A stretch of DNA of 20,000 bases. Origin: Psammoneis japonica. Lineage: Eukaryota. How positions within the stretch are numbered: the first letter of the stretch is position 1; every line of letters begins with the position of its first letter. Below are positions 9,772 to 18,700 of the stretch, piece by piece. The stretch covers positions 173,335 to 193,334 of the forward strand of contig QPGO01000140.1 in NCBI GenBank assembly GCA_008632985.1, given 5' to 3'. Made by a program: the position numbers and the translations under genes. The notes beneath the pieces are model-generated. The model was not told the origin of the DNA, did not search any database, and worked only from the letters and a program-made list of their open reading frames with translations.

Positions 9772-12208
9772 GGAGACAGCTGGAATGGAGACTGCTTGCC
9801 CCCACCCCTGCGCACTGCACTGTTTTTTTTTAGAGGGAGCTTTCCATGGGCCAATCATTGATTGAGGCCCTTGATCAATGCAAAGCCAACGATTTGGTGA
9901 GAATCCGAGCTCAAGCAAGGTGTCCATTTCCACCAAAACCATCAATCAACGGGAGTGTAATGGCCGGTCAATCAAGAAAACTGATGGACAGACTGCTCCA
10001 TCTTGCCAGAGCAGAGATCAAGCCATCCACTTGTGAGGTCTGCAGGTCATGTGGAAAGAAGAAAGGAAGAAACGGCCCTCTGTGTGGATGATGGTGCAAA
10101 GGTTTCCACTCTGGGACAACTGCCAGAACAGCTCCTGATTGAAGCAAACCATTCTTGCATGCAGCAAAGGGCAAGAAGCCTCATGTGGGCATTGCATTTG
10201 TTGCTCCAAGGCTTTGAAAAGTCCTCTTGTTGCTTTTTTGAGAAGATGCCTGGAGGATGCAGTTGTTTGCCACAGAGTTGGTTGAACCAGCACAACCACC
10301 AGAGCCTTGTCATGTGCCTCTGAGGGTCTTCATCCACCCACGCTTTTCATGTGTGGTGACTCCATGGACTCCTGCTGCCTGGCTGCTGCTGGCTGGCCGA
10401 ACTGACAACCATGGTCTGGAACCCACCCAGGAGGGGGAGGCATCAGAAATGAGCTGAGACCCAGTGCGGGCACCAGCACACCAAAAAGCTTGTGACTCTT
10501 GCAATCAGTTGACAAGAGAAGTGCTGCTGTCATTGCCAAACAGCTGTCTGGGGTTAAAAGCTCTTGCACCAGAGTCAACCTTGCAGGTGCAGAGAGAGAT
10601 TGAGTTGCATGACTTGTTGTTGACCCAGATGTGCTCTCTTTTTGGGTCCAAAACTCATTGAGCTCCTTGAAGCCAACAACAGCACCTGATCATGGTGAGA
10701 ATCTGCACCCCTTGTGCAATTGAAAAAAACCCCTTTCTGTGGAGAGGGGGGTTGGCCCAAGCAGGCTCAGGATGAGAGTTGTCAGAAGGCAAAAGGGAGC
10801 TTCATCGAGCATTCTGAAATGACAGTGTTGTGGCGGGTTGCCCAAATGCACAGATTGTGTTTGCAAAAGGAGTGATGAGAAAAACAAAAAGAGCGAGTGT
10901 GCATGAGAAGCAGAGGTGAGCCTCTTGATGTTGAAGCTTGGCATGGGAAAGGTTTTCATGGCAAGTGACCACATCACATTTTGTTGTTCAAAGCTCAAAA
11001 TCCACCTCGCTGCCCTCGTCATCCTGTGCAGAAACATCTGCACAGTTGAAAAAAATGAAAACAAGTGCAGAGTGGCACACTGCCACCTGTGGGGAACAGT
11101 GCAGCATTTTCAAGCAAGGGTGCATCATGTCAGTGTGACCACTTCCCAAGCAAAGTTTCACACTCCATTTTCTGCAAGCCCAACAAAACATGCTCCCCAC
11201 CTGCCCATCATGTGCCACACTTGCATTTTTTTGTCATGCCACTTTGAGGTTCACCGCTGCACACCATCACCAAATTTGGAAAAATGCAAAAGCAAAGGGC
11301 TTGAAGAATTCCATCCAATGACGGCATCATGTGCAAGGTCTCAGACTTTTTTTCATCTTTGCCTCAAATGAACAAGTGTCACATTTTCAACTGTGCAACA
11401 ACTGTGGGCTTGTGCAGGGTGCCCACTGCTGACAGGACCCAAGCGATGTTTTGTTTGTTGAGAGAAAGGTGGCACAATTGTCAAGAAAGTCTGCTCTTGT
11501 TGCTCAAATCTTGCAATGTGCAGGTGTGAGTTGCAGGCTCAAGGTGGCAACTTTCCATGCAAATGGCAGCTTTTTGTTGTTTCTTGTGCATCAGATCTTT
11601 TCTTTTTGTTGAAATGAAAAGAGCCCCCCTGTTTGTGTTCCTGTGCCTGTGATTGTGCCAGAGGATGTTGCGCCAGCATGATTGCACAGTGGCAGTGTGA
11701 TGTGGGAAAGCTTGTTCTTGTCACAAGTTTTTTTCTGATTTCACAGTTTTTTGATTTGTTGGCAAGGCAATCTGGCTCTGCAGTGGCCCAAGCGCTGTGC
11801 ACATGAATTGTGCCAAGACATCAAGAACCCCCAAGCTGGGAGAGCCTAGACTTCCAAAGAGACACACCTTGCTCTGCACAACCTTTTGCGTCCTTGCTCC
11901 TGCCCCTTCTCTCCCTGTGCCTCTGGCAACCACCACCCGCCAATCTGTCCATCTGCCCACTCTTGCTGGTGTGGCATGCACACAGCCCACTTGTTTTGGA
12001 CAAGCAACATGTGTTGTGGCTCTCACAACTTCATTTGATCTCTTTGGCTGCACCCTGATGCATTTCCTCCCTGGTTTCTGTGCTGTGTTGCTGGCTTGCC
12101 CTTTGTTGCAGGCACAACGAGACCTTTCCTGGATTTTTGTGTGGTGTGTGTCCAACGTTCCAGCCAGCCTCATCCTTTTTACAAAGTCCAGCTTGTGAAC
12201 TTGCGCTG

Positions 12209-12210
<2 letters not shown>

Positions 12211-12252
<42 letters not shown>
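12211..12252. repeat. (CA)21 microsatellite
   Basis: Seen directly. Confidence 0.95.
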
Positions 12253-12255
<3 letters not shown>

Positions 12256-13481
12256 GACACAAGTGCTGCACATGCACAGCTCCTGGCAAGGTCAGGACAG
12301 GATTGCCATTTTTCAAATGGACACAACTGCATTCATGTGGCTTCATTTCTCTGACCTCTGACAGCACTTGGCATCGCTGAAAAGCTCACCTCAATGTCTT
12401 GCCATCTGGTCAGTGAGTGGGGACAATGTTGCCCCCACATTCTGCACAGCTCTCATCAGCAGTGTGCAACTGTGGACAACATTGCTCAGTGCAGTCAAAA
12501 AAGTTGTTCTTCCCCTTGCAACAAACAGCTTCTTTGCTGCTGCTCATGACGGACGATGCTCTTTTCTGTCGGGGGCATCTGGCACAGAGGAGGTGTGCTG
12601 CGTCCAGAAGTCACGTGAACCACCCCCCTGCAGGAAGCTGAAAGATGGCTCTGTTCAATTTTAAAAAGGTGCAGTGAGCTTGGCTTTTTGGCCAGCAAAA
12701 ATTGTCAGACTTTAGAAAAATGAACGTGGCATCGCTTGTTGCACCTTGTTGGCACAAAAAGCAACAAAGAGATTGCTGTGACATGCTGGTGTGTGTGTGC
12801 ATGTGGGTGAGGGGTGGGGTTGGGGCATTTGAGGGAATGTGACCCTGGTGTTTTGTGCACAGTTGGTTGAGTGTGTGGTGGTTGTGGCTGTGGCAGCAAC
12901 TTTCCTTGGTGCAAAGATTTGTCAGCTTCAAAAGTCGGGAAATTGCTGGGGGACTTTGAAAAACGCTGGTGCCAAGCAAAACAGCTCTCTCCCCTGAGTT
13001 GCCATTGCATCAAGTGTGTTGTGTTGTCCTCACACTGTGTTGACTTGCTCTGGGGCTCCCAACAGGCCAGCGATTGTCTCAGCAGCAGGGTGCTCGCTGG
13101 CTGGTGCTGCGCGCTCATGCTGCTGGCAGTCTGTGTCATTGCAGTCGACTGGTGCCCTGCCTCCTCCTGGCCAAAGCTGTGGGCACTCCTGCAGACATGC
13201 CAGAGCTGAGAAAAGCTGCTTTGCAAACAAATGTGCTCCTGCTGCAGAAGCTGCTGATCTCCAAAGCAACAAGAAGTGTGTGTGTCACCACGAGGATGAA
13301 GCGCTGTCGCAGCTCTCAAAAACATGTCAGCAAGATAAGAGCCATACCGTAGTAGAATGAAGCAGCCACACTGACATTCCAGAGAGTTGTCTTCGTGGAA
13401 GTCAGTACAAAATCTACGCGACCTCCCCGTCGCCAATCAACTGTGTCAAGAGCATCAAGAGGGAGCATAGTGAGTTTGACC

Positions 13482-14748
13482 ATGGCGCCTCGATCGCAAG
13501 ACGACTCCGCTGCTCTCTTGCGTGAGTTGTATCAGCACAATGATTATTTCGATTCAGTCGTTGACATGATCCCTGCGAAGCTCTACGTTGCAGGGAACTC
13601 GGGTAAGACACAAGCACAGAAAGCTAGCTGCAGAACACAACATACCGCTAGGATCTAGAATCACTCGGGATTGCTAACTCATTATTTGAACTCACTTGTT
13701 CTTTTCTCAAGGCGATGGTGACGCTCTGAATAGCAAATACTTCAAGGGACAGCACAAGGAGTCAAAAGAGCTGAAGCGAGCTCGTACAAAGGCTGCGAAA
13801 CGAGCAAAGTACGACCCGGATCAAAGCGAATCAACGACTGAAACAAAAGTGAAGAAGGAACAGCAGCAGCACGAAGAAGCGAGTAAGGAACTAAGCCAGT
13901 TGGTAAGCTCTGAAGCTGTTGAGGATATGCGAGTTGATGGGAGCGAAGAGGCAGCGAAAGAGACGAAAACGCAAGGCAGCGCTGATAACAAGTCGCGAAT
14001 CGAGGCTCTGAGAGCTAAACTGCACGCCAAGATTGCGGAGAAACGAGCTCAGCGTCCCATGAGCGACGCTTCTACCATCAGCAAGCGTGCTGCGCGACGT
14101 GCCGAGAAACAGAGACGCCAAAAAGAGGCTCAAGGGAAAAAGAAGAACCGAGTGAATAACCAATCTTCTCCCTCTGTAGCACACGCAATTACAGCTTCCA
14201 ACGCTGCGACTCCTGATATCATCCCATCTCCCATGGATGATTTGAAGCATTTGGATTTTGGAACCTTGGCTGGACTGAACAACATTTCCACCAAAAAGAA
14301 CAACAAGAGTCTTCTCAATCTCAACAAGACCAAGAACTTGGAGAAGATGCTTCACGACGCCGAACAAAAGAAGCAAAAGCTACAGGAGCTGAAAGAGTCG
14401 GCTGCTCAAGAGGACAACGAGCAGGCAAAGGGTATCATGTGGAAGGATGCTCTCAAGGAAGCCAGTGGAGAGCGCGTCAAGGATGATCCAGCACATATCA
14501 AGAAGCTGTTGAAACGCAAGGTTGCGAAAAAGAAGAAGTCGCAAGTCGCCTGGAAGTCGCGTTTGACCCAAGTTCAGCAACAGGCCCAAGACCGGCAGTC
14601 GAAGCGTCAAGCCAATTTGCAACAGCGACGACAAACCGGAGTCAATAAGAAACAAGTGGATCAACCAAAAAGGAATCGCGCCGGATTTGAGGGGAGGAAA
14701 CAAGGCTTTCTGAACAAAGGCCGTGGCGGCGGTGATAAGGAACAATAG
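13482..14748 (+). CDS. RRP14: Ribosome biogenesis protein RRP14/SURF6 (exons 13482-13602 and 13712-14748)
   Basis: Exon 1 HNDYFDSVVDMIPAKLY and exon 2 KAAKRAKYDP fit the RRP14 N-terminal domain. The C-terminal WKDALKEASGERVKDDP..KKLLKRK..KKKSQVAWKSR...RAGFEGRK fits the SURF6 domain. Splicing restores the frame. Confidence 0.9.
13603..13711 (+). other. Spliceosomal intron (109 nt, phase 1) in RRP14/SURF6
   Basis: GTAAGA donor at 13603, branch-like GCTAAC at 13673, pyrimidine tract and AG at 13710-13711. The join gives TCG G|GC GAT in frame. Confidence 0.85.
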
Positions 14749-15124
14749 ATGCTGCGCTTCATTCGTGCATTACATTTCTTTAGATGTGTTTACGCTTTAG
14801 ACTTTTCCTCTTTCCAAGGTTGGTTTAATGAAACTGATTTCCCGCCAATCATATTACTTTCTGCTTCTTTTTTGTTTTGGTGGGCTTGGTAGGCTTAGCT
14901 CCCTTTTCCTCCGGTTCTAGAGATTGACGCGACAGATATAAAGGATGTAAGAGAAACTGAGGCGACGTGTAAGCACATTCAACAACGTTGGAAGTTGGAA
15001 AACACCTGCTTACCAACTGTCGTGGCCGCCTCTGACCTTGGCCGTTTGATTGAGCGATGATCCATCTTGTGGCTTCAAACAAAATGCTCGTCTAATGTGT
15101 TCCTTTCAACTCACACTTTACAGT

Positions 15125-15554
15125 TGTTATAGGGTAGAGTACCGTAGCTCCAGCCAGAAACAGCTCCAACAAGCATGCAAGCAGCAGCAATAAGAGCAGC
15201 AACGACCTCCGCTCCGCAACGACCACGACAATAACAGCAACTCGTATGGCACTCAACTTCGAGTCGGTCAGTCACGAGTCAACAACCGAGTCTGATTCAC
15301 GGATGACGCTCCCGGTCATGGATCTCTTCTTCCGGAAGAAATGTCCGTTGAGTCTTCTAGCGATAGTAATCGGAGTGACACACACGACCGTTAGGTCATA
15401 ATGTCATCTCCAATCCCTCGTGAGATCTTCTCACAATTCGTATCTTTAGCGTATCTTATTGTCCCAAACCCACTTCTTATCATCCTCTGTTGTATTGTAC
15501 AACCTCAAGAGAGTCCTGAACTCTCCATCCTACACAGTGTATTGTTGTATCCCA
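15125..15554 (+). repeat. Putative 5' LTR (TG...CA, ~430 bp)
   Basis: Begins TGTTATAG at 15125 and ends TATCCCA at 15554, 3 nt before the PBS. The second LTR is outside the window, so the left boundary and candidate TSD (ACAGT, 15120-15124) are unconfirmed. Confidence 0.55.
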
Positions 15555-15557
15555 AGT

Positions 15558-15571
15558 GGTTATGAGCCCAA
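15558..15571 (+). promoter_or_regulatory. Primer-binding site complementary to the anticodon arm of initiator tRNA-Met (half-tRNA priming)
   Basis: GGTTATGAGCCCAA is the reverse complement of TTGGGCTCATAACC, the tRNA-iMet anticodon stem-loop. This is the PBS type of Drosophila copia and yeast Ty5. Confidence 0.8.
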
Positions 15572-15632
15572 TCCACGCACCGGTGTCAACTCGTGACGGA
15601 GTTGCTGCCACTCGTTCGTCTCGTCACAGACG

Positions 15633-15742
15633 ATGTCCCATCCAACGGCGATCTTCTATGTCGCAATCCAACGGCGATCATCCATGTCGCAATCCCTGCC
15701 TGCCAATCGATCCTCTATGTCGAATCATCCACAACCATGTCC
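15633..15742 (+). repeat. Imperfect ~20-33 bp tandem repeats in the retrotransposon 5' leader
   Basis: Units start ATGTC at 15633, 15658, 15684, 15717 and 15737. The core ATCCAACGGCGATC is repeated in the first two units. Confidence 0.7.
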
Positions 15743-18700
15743 ATGGATCCTGACACCGTCAAGATGTTTGCTGAGGCCTTCGCCAAGATGCAAACCTCGA
15801 CCAACCCTCCTGCGATCCCCACGCCGCTTCGCGGCGGCATCCACCACTCTCATGGAGTGCATCTGGGTGGTTCGGCTCTGAACAACAAGTGCGAGCAGAC
15901 CGACACCCGCACCCACCATTTTGCCTCGCAACGTCGCCATCCGAAAGCTGTCGACTCTGTCGAGCGATCTCTCAGAGATCAACTCGCTTCGGCAACCACA
16001 TCCAAGTTCAACGGCCAGATTGAGTCATCCAACGGTTCCAGTGCTGAACTGGACAAGGGCCACTTCGTCAAGACCATTCAGGACTTAATCGAGTCGCACG
16101 GACAAGAAACTTTCTACCATCTCAAGAAAGTCGACGGCAAGGTCGTGTGCCTTTTTGATCATCTTCACGCCTTCACTGTCAAAGACCTTGAGAAGGAATG
16201 TGAGACCCGTGTGGCGGCTGCAGGTGACGAAGGCTACGATCAGTGTGAAATCGATGACATCGGCTTGTCACAACTCATCGTCAAGTCGCGCATCACCGAA
16301 ACCTTCCGTGAAAAGATTGAAACCAAGTTTAATCACTTGAAGAGCTACAAGGATCTTCCGGGGTCTGTCTCATTTATGATGGCTCTGGATGCCTGCAACG
16401 CCAGTGCTCTGGTTGACGTCAAGGCCGCCAAGGAAAAGTTGAACAACTTAACTCTGGACAACTGCCCTGGCGAAGACTGCACCGAGCTTGCAACCGAAGC
16501 TCTGCGCCTGCTCAAGATCATGCAGACGGACTGTGCGTCACCAGTTGAAACTGGGTCCACTGTTTTATCTAAGGTGTCAAAGACATCCTCCGAGTTTTTC
16601 AATCATCAAGTTTTCGCCAAGCTCGACTCCATCAAGCGCTTGGAGCGCAAATGTCGCTTGCGTGACCCGGCAGAAGTCCCCAAGGATGCCGACTGTGCGG
16701 ATCTTGGACCTGTTGGCCTTGTTGGCTGGATCACCAAGACCCATGGCGAACTCATTAGCGATGAAGATTGGCCTGCCTTAGCAGCCAAGCTCCCGGAATC
16801 CAACCTCGCCAAGGACAACTCGGAAAAGCATTGCCACGGCTGTGGCAAGGTTGGGTGCACCAAACGCACGTGTCCCACCTGCAAGGAGCAATGCAAGAAG
16901 GACAAAAAGGGCACGGCGGACAAGTCCAAGGATGACCCTCCGGATGTCCGGAAGACCAACCCTTCCAAGAAACCACCCAAGCCGGCCTGGCGTTTCGTTC
17001 ACAAAGGTGCCACTGTCACCGACGAGAAAGGCACGACCTGGCACTGGTGCGACAAGTGTGTGAACAAGGAAACGGGCAAGAAGGGCATGCATCAAGGCCA
17101 CTCCTCCGCTCAACACACCGGGAAACCGTCTGTCAACACCGAAACCACCGCTGCGGCAAATTTATCTGCTGTGTCGGACCCCTCTTCGGGCATTCCTTTT
17201 GGTCCTCCCGAGCAGACGACGTCTCCGCCTACAGCCGACCCCTCTGACCCTAACGAGCTGGTTTATTGCGGCATGTGGTGTGCACCTGTGGACGACTCTT
17301 TGAGTTCGACTCCAGTGACTACGACCGTCTCGTTCACTCCTGCTCCATCGGCCGAGAGGGAGACTGCCGTGGCCAAACCCGCTCCCATCTTGGTTGAAAC
17401 AGTTGACCCCGAAGATGCTGACGATTGCTCCGAGCACTCCGACGCTCACTCCTCTTTTGACTCCCTACCGTCAGCTATCGAGCTATTTCCGGCCTGTGCT
17501 ATGCACGAGATTCAAAATCCGGACGTGTTTTATGACACGATCGCAACTCACGTGGAAGGTCTGTCCGACGATGTGTTAGACGATCTCGTTTCCGGGGCAA
17601 GCATCCTACCTTTCGAAGACAGCTACGAGCACTTACCTCCAAGCACCCAGTGTCGCGGTTTCGAATTTTACGATCCCGAACCCCAAGATGTTGATTGTAG
17701 CGTCGAGGAGGCAACGCCGAGCTCTCGTCTTGAGCTTTTCTGGAACTTCTTGAAGCTCCGAGTTTTCTGGCTGTTTGCTGTGTTCTGGGAAACGGTGCTA
17801 CACATTTGCTGTGCGCCGATTCCTGTCTTACCTCGTCGTACACGCCGTAAGGCATTCATCCCAACCATTCACGGTTTCCCCTCTACCTGGATGGTGCTGA
17901 CTGGAGCTATCATGGTCTGGGCGTCTGTTTTCAACGGTCAGCTTCCCACGTGTCCATTCTCCAATGTCCCTTCTCGCTTCTCCAAAGCTAGCTCTCAGGT
18001 CTGCTCGATCATTGAAGAACTGGACGATAAGATAGTGTTAGATCCGGGCAGTTTGGTGGAGTGCAACAAGATCAAGGCGCGACAAGTGCTTACCGAATTT
18101 GTGGAGCGCGATCCGGACCATCATCTGAGCAAGAAATTCACGCAGCTCTGGGAGAACGACGTATGCTCTTCCCCAGGCCGCTGCATCCCTCCAGCTCTAG
18201 AAGACCTCGAGTCCCACTTCGACACCTGTGATTCAGAGGAAGCCCTCGGCCCGCTCCCGACCGAGCCGAGCCACTGCTTTGATGTGGTTGAGGAGCTCTC
18301 TCCGGACTATTTTCGTTTCGACGAGCTGTCCACCAAGTTTGGTTTCGTGGACACCACTCCATGGCAAGACCCTGTGAAGCTTCTCCAGGCAGCTACTGAC
18401 GGAACCGAAGCCCATCCCACTCATACCTCTATGCAGGTGTTGACGGGCCAACGTTCTTTGGCACAACTCGCCGCCGACCCGCAAGCTTTGCTGAGCCTAG
18501 CACATGAGCGCCACACCGTCACATGCGATGCTGGCGCATCCTTGGCCATTGCTTACGATGAAAACGACTTTGTCGGACCTCCAACGATCCCTGATGGCCC
18601 ATTGAAGCTTGGGGGTCTAGCAAATGGCTTAACCATCGCCGGCATCGGACCCGTCTCCTGGGTTTTCCATGACGAGGACGGCTCTGAGCTCGTCGTCAAG

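Larger units (their letters stand above)
7820..13335. other. TpA-depleted, CpG-poor hypermutated block (probable decayed repeat/mobile DNA)
   Basis: About 14 TA dinucleotides in ~5.5 kb (~2.5/kb) versus ~19 in 600 bp (~32/kb) of the hydrogenase CDS (4201-4800). TG and CA are in excess. TA returns abruptly left of ~7820 and from 13336. No terminal repeats were identified, so mobile origin is inferred. Confidence 0.85.

Noticed and set aside
12211..12256. (CA)21 followed by TGTG as a converted (TA)n tract
   Set aside because: Possible, but pure CA microsatellites are common and expand by slippage. It cannot be supported without an unmutated homologue.
7820..13335. Dozens of overlapping 60-240 aa Cys/His-rich ORFs that could be read as small metal-binding proteins
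   Set aside because: They occur in all six frames and lack Tyr, a by-product of TAA/TAG loss in TpA-depleted DNA. Only the RdRP relic has recognisable motifs.
7790..13400. Terminal inverted repeats, TSDs or Helitron ends delimiting the block
   Set aside because: None could be identified by eye at either boundary, so the block is not assigned to a transposon class.
15633..15742. CRISPR-like array
   Set aside because: The units are degenerate and adjacent, with no unique spacers. The context is a eukaryotic retrotransposon leader with no cas genes.
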